From: Saprolegnia diclina VS20
Taxonomy: Eukaryota
Assembly (NCBI RefSeq): GCF_000281045.1
Contig: NW_008246143.1
Coordinates: 133,092-153,091, forward strand
Length of the DNA: 20,000 bases
Reading direction: 5' to 3'
Shown here: positions 8,804-20,000 of the stretch, one piece after another
Layout of the letters: each line of letters begins with the position of its first letter
Numbering within the stretch: the first letter of the stretch is position 1
Made by a program: the position numbers and the translations under genes
Notes under the pieces: model-generated
Told to the model about the DNA's origin: nothing
What the model saw: only the letters and a program-made list of their open reading frames with translations
Databases searched by the model: none

Positions 8804-11558
8804 ATGGAGTCGGAGCCGTCGAACCAGACGCCGTCCACGGACAAACCATCATCCGAGCGCAAGGCGTCGGCAATCGCCGAGGCGCGGCAGGTGTTTGAAG
8901 CCCGACATCGAGCTGTCCAGGCGCAGGACGTCTACCTCTTTGGCCGGGACCCATACGCTGGCGACCCCGCGCAGACCAAGCAGGGCGACGTGGCCGCCAT
9001 CACGGACGACTTTCCACCCGAGCACATGATCCTCGAGCTCAGTGCAGGACACGAGTGGTCGGCAGCCTTGATGCAAGACAATAGCGTCTACACGTGGGGC
9101 AGCAACACAGGTACACCGTCATCATTTGAGCCCAAGCCTTTATGTATGCAGGCGGGCAACTGGGTCGCGGCGATACGGTGTCGGTGGCTAAACCGACGCT
9201 CGTACAGAGCTTCCTAGGCATCCGCATTGTTCGCATCTCTTGTGGTGGTACGCATGGGGGGTTCCTCGCGGATACCGGCGCGCTTTACATGGTCGGGGAC
9301 GGCCGCTATGGCCGCCTCGGCAACGGCTCGATGGAGATGGCGCTGACGCCCGTGCAGGTAATTACCGCTTCTAGATTGAATGCGACGATTCGTGTTAGAT
9401 AACGTGCACGTACGACGCGCTCAAGGAGCGTGGTCAGGCGCTTGGGACGTGGCCCACGTTCCTTGACGAGCGAGGGATGAAGCGCGACGAACCAACGACG
9501 TTTGCGGACGTGAGCTGCGGCGACCGACATACGCTCGTGCTCGTGCGCTCCATGGCCATCGTCAAGCAGGTGCTTTCAGGAGATGTATGCAGCATGGTGC
9601 GAGAATTTCGGGCTAGGCGGTGCTGGCGTTTGGCGACGGCAGCAACGGCCGCCTCGGTGTCGGCACGGACAAGGACCACACTTTGCCGTGCTTGATCGCA
9701 GCGTACAAGACGCAGCAAGGCATCGTGTTTCCGCCCATCCAAGTACAGAAGGGTGACTTGATCTCTCATCTCAATGAACTATGCGACAGAGAATCCACGC
9801 CGGCCCGAGCCATAGTCTCGCCATCACCCACACGGGCGAAGTAGGTCCATACGACATTGGCAGCGACCCAATGTGAACATAGCTCTATACGTGGGGAAAC
9901 GGTGGCCACGGACGCCTCGGCCATGGATGCGAAGAGAGCGACTGGTCGCCGAAGCGCGTCGAGTACTTTGCCCTCACTGGTCCCCAAGCAACAGCGACGA
10001 CAATCAAGCAAGCTGTCTGCGGTCTCACCGCTGCATGCATGCGCGTGCTTGATCGGCGGTTGTAGGCGGAAGTCACACATTAGCGCTGGATGCCCAAGGC
10101 CGTGTGTACTCGTGGGGCCGAGGCGACAACGCGCAACTTGGTTTTGCTGACTTCAAAGACGCGTGGACACCCCACGTCGTCTTGCCTAACGAGGTACGCG
10201 CTCTGGGTCGTCGCTGCAATGCTGTCTCGTGCGCGTAGGCGACTCCCGGTGTTGTTGGTCGCGCGATCGCAGCAGGTGCGTCATCCTCACTTGAACCCAA
10301 AGCGACGCACGCGCCCAGGGCGACTGCACTCAACCGTGATTGACACGCGCGACCAAGTGTACATTTGGGGCGACAACGCGTTGGGTCAGCTGGGCTTACC
10401 ACCGACGTCGGTACCATTCCAACCGACGCCGCTGACGTTGCCTTCGTCGGCCATCGGCGGCGCGTCCGGCACGACAACCGTAGCGCTGGGGGATCTCTAC
10501 TCGCTTTTCGTGGTGAAGCGGGACGAGACGTATCATTTCCACAAGCTCCGGCTCTTGAACGAGAACGCAGACGAGAGCGGAGCCAGTCAAAATAGCGACA
10601 CCGCTGAACAAGTCAGGTCGCCTCGAAAGACAACGTTTTGGTCCCGGCGGCCGTGGCGACGTCAAGCGAACGAAGCGCCGGCATCGAGCGCAACGACGTA
10701 CGCCTGTGGTTGTTTCCGCAAAGCCACGTTCAAATGCTAGGAAATGGTCGTTCGCGATCCACGAGCCCACCGAGTCGCTCGAGTTGCCGTCGAGCACGGA
10801 TCGGTTTCTGCATTTAATGGCGACGACCAAGATCGCCAAGCGCCTGCCACAAATGAACCGCCGTAAACAACTACGTAGCACATATCGGTTGACAGCGATA
10901 TAGAAGCGTCCATGGAAGCGATGCACCGCAGTCACGCCAAGCTCGCCACCTTCCATCTGACCCAAGCCGACCACGAGCCCGAGTCGAGACGAATTGCACA
11001 GCCAACAAAGCCAGTTGTTGTAAAAGGTGGGGACTGATCGATACATTGATACTAGATACGTGTCCACCAGGGATGGCTTCGTGGCGGGCGCGACGGACAG
11101 GGACGACGAAACACACGACGGCGGCATTTGGGTCGGCACCGCGGTTCCACTACCGCAAGCCATCAACCGTGACCCCGACCACAGCCATCGTCGTAGAGAC
11201 TCCGTCCAAGCGACACTCGAACAACTACTTCGGTCTTGCCAAACGACTCGAAGCTCCCGTACTACCGACCCCAGGCCCCGGCGCGTACGACATCCCGCGT
11301 ATTGCAGTGCCGGAACGGGTTGGGACGCCGTTTGGATCGACGGCGCCCAAGACTCTGTGCTTGACCAAACCGCCGTACACGCGCGAAGCGCTCGAGCTCC
11401 ACCCCGAGTCGGCGGCACCCCTCGTTTACCCAACGTCACCCAGCATCAAGATCGACGACGGCCATGGCTATAGCCGCGTCGTGGGGCGCCAACTCGCCAA
11501 AGGCAAGGGCAGCACGCCAGGCCCCGGGGCCTACAACCTACCCAGCGCTTTGCAGTAG
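8804..11558 (+). CDS. RCC1-repeat (7-blade) protein with C-terminal sperm-tail PG-rich (STPGPGAY/SHIPPO-type) repeats
   Basis: Seven RCC1 repeats after splicing (e.g. VYTWGSNTGGQLG...ISCGGTH; LYTWGNGGHGRLGHG...VCGGSHT; VYSWGRGDNAQLG; VYIWGDNALGQLG). The frame continues through three further small introns (near 10698-10740, 10863-10903, 11027-11070) to TPGPGAYDIP and STPGPGAYNLP. Stop at 11556-11558. Confidence 0.85.
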
Positions 11559-11662
11559 TGTAGAAGTAGCAGCACGTTGCTCATGGTCGAAAGTAGCAAA
11601 TCACAGACAAGAATAACATTAGTTGGACAAGGTGGACAAGCACCAATAAATAAGAGAGCGCG

Positions 11663-13336
11663 TCAGCAGTGGCCATTCGCGAGGCGGAAGCAAGCGGCGT
11701 CGGGCGTCAGCGTCAACGTCGTCACCACAATGGCAAACGTCAGCCCGAGAAGCAGCGTTCCCACGAGCGCGCGTGCAGCGCAGAGCGATCTGCCGCCTTC
11801 GTTCTTGAGGTACTGGAGCTCAATCTTCTGCGGTGGCAGGAGGACGAGCCAGAGAAGCGCGAGGAGCTGCGCCGCAAACGAGATGAGCATCGACGTGGTG
11901 ACGTGCCACCTATCGGCGTCGCTGTCGTCGAGCCACATGGAGTCCGAGACGCCGAGCGTCTTGTCGACGGTCGAGTAGAGGAGGGTGCCGAGGGGCGTCG
12001 ACCAGTTGTGCGCGTTCGTGACGAGGCTGGCCACCGTGCCTTCATTCCCGCGTTCGGCAATCTCGATCGCGCAGAAGAAGGCGACGAGGAAGCGTATGGC
12101 GATGCAGAGACTGTCGGCGAAGGGCACCCAGAGGACGATGTACGGTCCGCGGCGCACGTCCCATATCGTAAGCAGCACGAGCGCCATGTCCACGACGACC
12201 GCGAGAATACTCGAGCCCGCGACGAGGTAGCGCCAGTTCCAGAGCAGACCGGCGCGGGCGATGGCAAAGAAGCCGAGCGCAATCACAAGGAGACTCAGCG
12301 TGTCCATGATGGAGGCGTCGAGGGCCGTGACGTTGCCCCACTGCTCGGCGAGCGGAAGGAGCGCGTTCGAGTGGAAGGACGCAAACAAGTTGTGGAGCAC
12401 GCGAAAGGCCACGACCTGCCAGAGTACTCGCGACTGCATGAGCTGGTAGAGTTGGTGCAGCCACGACGAGAGTCGGACGGCCTCCATGCGCGGCTCGACA
12501 ACGTCCCGCGCCGTGCCCACGAGCGCGATGCACGACGGCACGAGGAGGAGCCCATAGCCGACGTTGGGCGCCACGTCAAAGTCAAAGGAGCCGCCGAGCC
12601 CGCGCGAGTTGGTGAAAATGCACACGTAGACATGCCCGACGACCGCGGCGAGCGTCCGGATCGCGTACATGACGGCGGCGACGTAGCCACGCCGAGGGAG
12701 CGGCTCGCGCTGGGCGTAGTGGACCGTCACGGCGTCCGCTGCCGCCGAGACCATCGCGTAGCCAAGACCGATCAAGACGGACGCGATCACAAACTGGTGC
12801 CCGTGGGCTTGAGTCTCCATGTTGTACGTCGCGTCCCGCTCGGCAGCGCTAAGCGAATCGAGGCGCGTGTAGTTGCATGCAGCTTCGGTGCGCGGGCGGA
12901 TGCGGCAGAATGGGTCGTGGAAGTTGGCAAGCGTCAGGAACGCGAGGGAGATGCACGTTGTCATCCAGCCGAGGAGCATCCACGGCTTGCGCCGGTAGCC
13001 TCGGATGGGCACGCAGTCGCTGAGCACGCTGAAGAAGATCTTGAGAAGCCAGCCGAACGAGATAAGGATCGAGTAGGCCAAGACCTCGTAGCCAGTGAGG
13101 CCGAGGTAGAGGTTGAAGAGCGGGTACACGAGGCTCGGGATGATGCCATACAAAAGTCCGAGCGCCACGTACTGCAGGATGAGCCCGCGGCCTTCGCGGC
13201 TCTGCAGCGCGACGGCGCCGCCAGGTATCAGCGCGCTGCTGTCGTCCATGTGAATGTACTCTATCGCGGGCGGCTCTTTCGCCTCCATGACGGCGGTCGC
13301 CGTCTGCATGATGTCGTACAGCGAGGAGGGCCGCAT
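11663..13336 (-). CDS. Folate-biopterin transporter (FBT/BT1, MFS) family protein, intronless
   Basis: Many hydrophobic segments. Motifs GWLLKIFFSVLSDCVPIRGYRRKPWMLLGW, YAQREP..RRG, EIAERGNEGTVASLVT and LLPPQK match the FBT family. The start could be ATG 13336, 13348 or 13396. Confidence 0.9.
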   Translation of the reverse strand: MRPSSLYDIMQTATAVMEAKEPPAIEYIHMDDSSALIPGGAVALQSREGRGLILQYVALGLLYGIIPSLVYPLFNLYLGLTGYEVLAYSILISFGWLLKIFFSVLSDCVPIRGYRRKPWMLLGWMTTCISLAFLTLANFHDPFCRIRPRTEAACNYTRLDSLSAAERDATYNMETQAHGHQFVIASVLIGLGYAMVSAAADAVTVHYAQREPLPRRGYVAAVMYAIRTLAAVVGHVYVCIFTNSRGLGGSFDFDVAPNVGYGLLLVPSCIALVGTARDVVEPRMEAVRLSSWLHQLYQLMQSRVLWQVVAFRVLHNLFASFHSNALLPLAEQWGNVTALDASIMDTLSLLVIALGFFAIARAGLLWNWRYLVAGSSILAVVVDMALVLLTIWDVRRGPYIVLWVPFADSLCIAIRFLVAFFCAIEIAERGNEGTVASLVTNAHNWSTPLGTLLYSTVDKTLGVSDSMWLDDSDADRWHVTTSMLISFAAQLLALLWLVLLPPQKIELQYLKNEGGRSLCAARALVGTLLLGLTFAIVVTTLTLTPDAACFRLANGHC

Positions 13337-14038
13337 GGCAACTCGCATAGTGGCCACCAGAGTGGCACTCGCAAGATCGGCCAGGTCAGCGTACATTCCG
13401 CAATGTATCGCGTACGTCTCCTAATTTGTATGCAGTGTACGTACGCTGAACGAGTTGCGGAATGGACGAGGTACGGAGCCGTCATCCTAGACAGGGCGGC
13501 TGGCTCTCGGTAGGGGCCATTGCCGCCAACCTTCTCACTGCTACGATGCTCAAAGGACTGCTGGGAGGAGGCTGCATTGCTGATTCAAGCAGAGCTGTGC
13601 CCTTGCCCGAGCTGGTGCTGCAAATTCCCAAGCATGCAAGCGTAAGGAGACGCGCAGCACCGAGTGCAGCACCTGTTCCGACGACACCTGCTGACGTGTC
13701 CGGCACTCGGAGAGGGCCGCCTCTGTACAACAGCATTCTCAACGCTGGGTTTATTGCTTGGATATCGGCGGCCAAACCTCATGCAACATGACGTGCCGTT
13801 GAAGTACGTCTGTTCGCGAAGCTTTGGGTGAGACGCTTGCAGCATTCGAGCGACGATGTGTACCGGTACGTCCAAGGTCAATGCGATCCTGGCGCTGGGA
13901 CTCTGTCTTGAAACCAGCGGAATTCGACTGCAATGGTAGAAGAGTCCAAGCGCGCATCTTCGTCTGCACTGCCAACACTACTCAAGTGAATGGACGGGTA
14001 TCAAACATATCCGGACGGAACCGGAGGCTTCATTTCCA

Positions 14039-14972
14039 ATGCTGCGCCGTTGCTTGCTGCCAGTCCGCCGATCGCTCATGGCCAAGTCGATGCACACCAA
14101 GACGCACGTCGTCGCCGTCGACAAAGCGAGCGACACGATCACGTTCACGCCCAAGGCCCAGCACTCGGCGTCGCTCGTCTTCATGCACGGGCTCGGCGAC
14201 ACGGCCTACGGCTGGGCCGACACGATCCAATTCATGTCGGCGTCGCTTCCGCACGTCAAGTGCATCCTGCCCACGGGTACGTGGCGTCGCCATATTGCTT
14301 GCCTCCACATTATTGGAATGGGATAGCGCCGACGCAGCCTGTGACGCTCAATCACGGCATGGCGTGCCCGTCATGGTACGACATCCAGTCCCTCACGAAC
14401 CGCAAGGGCGACCCGTGCACTGGCATCGAGGCCTCGCGCGACCGTATTCTCGGGCTTATCGAGAACGAAATTGCCTCGGGCATTGACGCGTCGCGTATCG
14501 TCATTGGCGGCTTCAGCCAGGTGCGCGCCGCCACCTCGTTCGACGCAAGACGAAGTGTAGGGCGGGGCCATGTCTCTCTTTACGGGTTACCAAATGCCGC
14601 ATGCGCTCGCAGGCGTCCTTGTTCTCTCTGGCTACGTTCCCAAGTCGGATGTAAGCGCCATCATCATTAGCATCATCTCACGCGGCGTAGACCTTTGCGG
14701 TGCCCGACGCCCTCAAGGACGTGCCGCTCCTCATGTGCCACGGCGACAGCGTACGCCGACGATGCGAGCGAGGTATATGTGTACAAGGTTGTCTGCATTA
14801 GGATATGGTGGTGCAGCTGAGCTGGGCGGAGCTTTCGGTCGAGAAGGTCCAGAGCCAAGGCGTCAAGAACGTCGAGTTCGTCGTGTACGAGGACCTGGAC
14901 CACGGCTCGTCCATGGACGAAATCAAGAAGGTCCAAGCGTGGCTCGCCAAGGTGCTGCCGACCGACGCCTAG
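14039..14972 (+). CDS. Acyl-protein thioesterase / lysophospholipase (phospholipase/carboxylesterase, Abhydrolase_2)
   Basis: FMHGLGD, PTAPTQPVTLNHGMACPSWYDI, nucleophile GGFSQGG, MCHGDSD and LDHG catalytic motifs. Introns 14277-14326, 14521-14560, 14651-14690 and 14751-14801. Alternative ATGs at 14078 and 14090. Confidence 0.93.
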
Positions 14973-15133
14973 ACGCGCTTCCATCCGCAATAACATGCTT
15001 GCTGTTGCGACCAAGGCCAGCCATCTCGTTTCCTTGGAAAATGCCGGGACCAACGTATCGTGGGGCTGTTAGAGTTGTAGTAATTACATCATGTACGTGG
15101 GTTGGTCGCCGTTGCTCTCGAGTGGCACAAGCA

Positions 15134-17151
15134 TCACGTAGCTCTCGACGCTCTGCTGTGTGAGGAGGCTTCCGTGCTGGTTGCTGCTGCCAGCCGTCGT
15201 CCACCCGTTGCCGTCGCTCGGCGTGTGCTCCTAACAACGGACGTTGAATACGATCCCGGTCACAGAGATGGTCGTACGGAGCTCAGGCCTTCGTCGCCAC
15301 CGTCGTTTGGGTTGATGCGATGTTGGCCGATGGGCACTGTCGGGTGACTCATGCGCAGGACCACCGACGGCCGCCGGCGCATCGGGCTCACGGTCGCGTT
15401 CGAATTGGTGTTGGACGCACTGCTGGCTACGATCACGGTACCGTCGGGTGACGGCGCAACCAACCAAGAGGGCGTACCGCTAAACGCACTCAGATCTTCT
15501 TCCGGGTACCGGTCCTCCTTGGCACTCGTGGGCTGCAGTAGCGTATCGGCGCACCGGTCGTAGCTTTGTCGAACGACATGGAAGGGCTCAACGCGCGGTT
15601 GCTGGAACGTTCCAAACGGCAGCGACTGGTTTGACGACGCCGCGCTGCTGCTGTGACGCCGCGCATGCCTACAGCATCAGGTGAGAACGACGAGAAGCAA
15701 TCGCTGACGTACGCGTACTGGGGCGGATCGCTCGGGCGGCGGTGTGTCGGCGGCCTCTGGCCTTCCTGAGGACCGTAGTGCTCGTACATGCGGAAACGCT
15801 CTTCGCTTGCGAGCGAAATCGTGTCGCCGTTGGCACGCGTGCGCGGCGTCCGCGCCATCTGGAGCACCTCGGGGCCAAGGTGGCGGGGCGGCGCTCGGAC
15901 GCCAGTGTCCGGTCCGTACGATGGCGGCTGTTGGCGGGGCACGTACTGACTGATGCTGCAGCTAATGTCTGTGATCATCGTGCCGCGGTCATCTTCGTTG
16001 GACTCGTCGTCGAGCGGCTCCGAGTAGAGCTCGGATGTGGGCACGAGGCGCATGTCGGCCTGGCCGCGCGTCGTTGCCGAGCACAGCGTGCAGATGCGCA
16101 CGCGGCGAAGGCCGACGTTGGGCAAGTCGAGCTCCCAGACCGAGTGGCAGCGCTTGCAGATGGCCTCGCCGCACTTGCGGCACGTGAACTTTTTCTGAAA
16201 AAAGTAAAAGCGCTTGTAACAGAGAATGCACTCCATCTTTTCGCGGAGCGACGGGAGCTCGAGGTCGCCAAGGAGCGGCTCGGACTCCAAACGCTGCTCT
16301 TGGAGGACACGGTTGAGGTTCGAGAGCGCAGCGATCTTCCGGCGTGCCATGACGTCCGACATCCACTGCGGCGCCGACCCTTTGCAGTCGATCTCGAGAA
16401 AGTAGTGGCACTCGAGCTCGCCAGGCTTGTTGGTTTCGAGGAAGACAAAGCCCGAGTAGTAAAAGCTGCCGCGGATGATCTTGAGCGCCTCGAGCGGTGG
16501 ACAGGCGGGGATCTTGACCGAGTGCATGGCGTGCGCCCAGCCGCGGCGGCCGTCGGGCGACGTAAACTCTTCATTGCACTAGACAAGACACGATGACGAG
16601 ATTTGCACCGAGAAGAAACGTACCTCGAGGTAGACAAAATCACGGTTGTACGAGAAGGGCACGGGCGACGCGACGCACGCCCACGTGATGCCAATCGAGT
16701 CTCGCGGGCGCGCGCCAGTGGGCTGCGTGAGGTTGTAGAGAACCATCGTGTCGAGGATATCGCGGGATCGCATGATGCTCTGACCGCGGTCGACCTTGAA
16801 CTGAAGAGCGACCTCTTCGATCGTCGCGTTGACTTGTGTGACGCCCCGATGCAACGACGACGCGGTCGCACTTGTTGGCGATCGAGGGCGGCTGTTTCGA
16901 AGGCGTCCAGACGTCGTCATGTCCCCGTGGCTGAAGAGGTCGTCGCGAAGAGGTACCCCAATGTTCTTGCTCATGCGAACACCGTTGCGGACATTGATGG
17001 TCGACCACTCCGAGTGGGGTGAGTACGACGTCTCAATGAGTCGGAGGCAGGCCATGCGAGCGACGAGGACGAGGTACGCCTCTTCTTCGCGGTCCATCTC
17101 GCCGCAGTGGAAGTAGTCCCGCGGCAGCGGCATGTGGTGCTCGGGCTTCAT
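15134..17151 (-). CDS. START-like domain plus degenerate FYVE zinc finger protein with a long low-complexity C-terminus
   Basis: MPLPRDYFHC N-terminus; START-like IGITWACVASP..NRDFVYLE|CNEEF..DGRRGWAHAMHSV...IRGSFYYSGFVF (intron 16579-16623); finger CILCYKRFYFFQKKFTCRKCGEAICKRC...ICTLC. Three further 3' introns lead to TGA at 15134-15136; the 3' structure is less certain. Confidence 0.87.
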
Positions 17152-17902
17152 GCGATCAGGAAGGCCGTCGGGGGACCCAGTTTCAAAGTAATGTTGTGTG
17201 TCACGCAGCGGTTTGTGCCAAGTGCCCGTTTTTTTTACTCCCCCCCCGAGGCTCTAAAATCCCAACGCATACAAACTTCGAGGTAATAGTTGGTCCACCA
17301 CCCCCCTCTGTCGCCGAATTGTCCCATCCAAGCACCATACAAACGACAGGTGGTCTCGTCGCCTAGAGTGTTTGGGCCTAGGATCTCAAACCTCTCTCCC
17401 AAGGCGTCGTGCGTCGTCACCAGAAACCAAGGTGCGTACCGTGTACTCGGTGCTGCTATTAGCTACTAGTAGGCAAAGTCCTTGGCGCACAGTATCCTTG
17501 GCCGAGAAAGACGTGCCAGAAGCCAGTGGCTATCACGCACGAAAAATTGAGCGCCGAGGCCCATCACCAACATCGCTTGCTTGTTGCTCTATCTCACTCG
17601 TCGTCCCTCGGCGCCGATTGCTCTTCAATAGCCTAGGTCTGTAGCAATAGTAATGGCACGTTCGTCGCTCGAATCGAACACGGCGAACGCGGCAGTAAGC
17701 TCGTTCGAGAGCATAGAACTCACGCCGCCATAGACACTGGACTGTGCCGCCGCCAAAGCTGCCACCACGCGCTAATGGGTTCTGTGATGCTGAAGCCAAG
17801 TCTCTCGTTTGCTTGAGGAGGCCGACTTCTTGCATGTGGCATATGCCACCCTTGACACATTCGGTTGATATCCGGATAGCATGGGCGGATGAAAATCTTG
17901 AA

Positions 17903-19605
17903 ATGGAATCGCCCACGAAGCGGGTGCGGACGTCGCTGACGCTGGAGGATGCGGCAGACGTGGCATCGCCGCCCGTGAGCAAGATGACGCTAAGCCTTGC
18001 ACCGTCACAAGACACGCCGGCGGCCATCGACGATGCCACCTTTGACGACAGTGATACGTGGGACGTCCCGACGCGACTCTGCAAGTGGCTGGCTGCGAAT
18101 GGCGCGGACCTCGAGAAGCTGCGCATCGAGACGTACGCACCAGAGGTGCGCGGTGTGCACGCCAAGCGTCCATTCTCGGCCGGCGACCGCGTCATGCTCA
18201 TTCCTCTCAACTGCCTCATCACTGTCGAAATGGGCAAAGCGACAGACATTGGGATCAAGATCCAGCACCTCGAGTTCGGCGCGCCCAAGCACATCTTCTT
18301 GATGATGTATCTTTTGACAGACATGGAGCTTGGAAACGACTCGTTCTTCAAGCCGTACTACGACTCGCTGCCGCCGACGCTGCACAACTTACCCGTCTTT
18401 TGGACCGACGACGAGCTGCGCTGGCTGCAAGGGTCACACATCCTGCACCAGATTCGCGACCGCAAGGCCACGATCGCACGAGACTATGAAGCCATTTGCG
18501 TCGTGGACCCGGCCTTTCGCCGCTTCTCGCTCGAACGCTTCATGTGGGCGCGCATGATTGTGTGCAGCCGCAACTTTGGCATCAGCGTCCATGGCTTCAA
18601 AACCGCGGCGCTCGTGCCGTACGCCGACATGCTCAACCACTACCGACCCCGCGAAACGAGGTACAACGCGCTCCCTTCTTTGTTCTCATTGGGTGTAGCT
18701 GGACCTTTGACGACGACGCCAACGGGTTTACGATCACGGCGCTGCACGGCATTGCAGCTGGCAACCAAGTCTACGACTCGTACGGCAAAAAGTGCAACCA
18801 CCGGTGCGTTCAACGTCAGTGCCGAGTCCGCTCAGCGCGCGACTAGGTTCCTTCTCAACTATGGGTTTGCCGTGCCCGACAACACGGAAGAAGACGGACG
18901 CAACCCGAACGAGGTTCTCTTCCCGCTCCAGCTCCTCGAGAACGAGCCCTCGTCGCTCTTCGGCAAGAAGCAGCGGTGCTCTGCGACGTCTGCATCGCGC
19001 ACGCTGAAAGCTGCTGTAGGTACCTCCACGACAGCGGCGTGTACTCGATGGACACGCGCTTCAGCACGTACCACGGCGACGCCAACACGCGCGAAGGTCT
19101 CATCGTGCGTCTGGCGTTCGATATGTATCGAGCTGCGTAGGACTGAGTTTTCTGCGCCTCATTGTCGCGACCGAGTCGGAGTTTGACGCGTTCTCGGTGC
19201 AGACGCCGGCGCACGCGATCCCTCCGATTTCGCTCGAGAACGAGGTTCGCGTGCTCAAGCACATTGCGGCCCTCGCCACGGTGCAGGTATGGAAACGCCT
19301 CTGGAAGCAGAGACAAGACCCGATCGTAGCTGTTCCAATACGCCACGTCGCTCGAACAGGACATGGTTGCCGTCGCGCAATGCCCCGTCTTCTCCAACCA
19401 AGCGCAGGCGCTGCATTTCATCATGGGCGAGAAGCGCGTGTGCATGTACTACCAAAGCATGGCCTACGACGTCGCGCCGCTCTGGACGCAGCCGCACGAT
19501 GTCATCCGAGCACGCGTCGTCGCCGAGTACGAGCCCGAGGACGACCCCAAAAGCCGATACGTCGACGATGTCACGGCGTTTCTCCTTGGCGACCCGTTTG
19601 AGTAG
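17903..19605 (+). CDS. SET-domain protein methyltransferase, SETD3 / Rubisco-LSMT-like
   Basis: VRGVHAK, IPLNCLIT, FFKPYYDSLP, WARMIVCSRNF, ALVPYADMLNH, QVYDSYGKKCNHRFLLNYGF, and a Rubisco-LSMT substrate-binding-like C-terminus (LSFLRL...PISLENE). Five small GT-AG introns (first at 18661-18698). Stop TAG at 19603-19605. In-frame upstream ATGs at 17834 and 17843 are possible starts. Confidence 0.92.
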
Positions 19606-20000
19606 CGGTGGTTCGAGTAGCGAATTTAACAGTGACCCATGGGCTTGCTTGTGATTTTAGAGCTACGGCAGAAGCGCAAGTGACAGCCTCGGACGGCCCA
19701 AGCACTTTACGAGGCGCTCTTGAGCAGGTCGGACGGATTTGGGATCGCCCATACGTCTCGCCCTTGTGTGCTGGGAATGGCAAGCTGTTAAAGCTTCGGG
19801 CGAGCACGTCGGTCGAGTACTGGCACTGGCACTTGGTGAACCGAATGAAGTGCAACAGTATTAGACGCCTGGTCGGCGGGTGCGGTGCGCACACCCATGG
19901 TGCGTCACGTGTCTGTTCACATAAAAGCTCTTCGGTTCTTGCACCAGATAACGTCGCCCCGACACGACGGCAGAAGAGGATGGGCGATCAGACGCAGTGC

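Noticed and set aside
11669..13513. 614-aa plus-strand ORF
   Set aside because: It lies antisense to the FBT transporter. Long stop-free antisense frames are expected with GC3-rich codon usage, and the translation has no recognisable motifs.
13400..14000. Short ORFs (13462-13791 +, 13482-13775 -, 13585-13881 -) between the FBT and thioesterase genes
   Set aside because: They have no recognisable motifs, weak codon bias and no convincing splice model. I treated the region as intergenic, though a degenerate gene remnant cannot be excluded.
15742..16871. Overlapping 284-aa (+) and 298-aa (-) ORFs
   Set aside because: They are antisense and off-frame shadows of the START-FYVE gene.
17152..17830. 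Long divergent intergenic region with T and C homopolymer runs, as a possible ncRNA or transposon
   Set aside because: I could see no tRNA cloverleaf, snoRNA boxes, terminal repeats or transposase similarity.
19606..20000. Possible 3' end of another gene (ORF 19571-19894 -)
   Set aside because: No coherent frame or motif, and it cannot be supported without the downstream sequence.

Overview
Eukaryotic, gene-dense genomic DNA of roughly 60% GC (estimated by eye). The many tiny (about 38-53 nt) GT-AG introns, the gene content (START-FYVE proteins, FBT transporter) and the Inr/FPR-like promoter elements point to an oomycete, probably Saprolegniales-like (inference). I spliced the genes by hand and found 10 protein-coding genes: a 5'-truncated multi-pass membrane protein, SEC24 (17 exons), two START+FYVE-like proteins, an Emi1/DUF3128 twin-CX9C protein, a ZNF706-like small zinc finger, an RCC1-propeller protein with C-terminal STPGPGAY repeats, a folate-biopterin transporter, an acyl-protein thioesterase and a SETD3-like methyltransferase. 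I saw no RNA genes, CRISPR arrays or recognisable mobile elements. Four signals stand out: a recurrent palindromic TATCCGGA(TA) element just upstream of several genes; micro-introns whose two ends are complementary; seven consecutive phase-1 introns flanking symmetric micro-exons in the SEC24 Pro/Gly tail; and the RCC1 + sperm-tail PG-repeat fusion. Most long ORFs in the supplied track are antisense or off-frame shadows, or run through introns.
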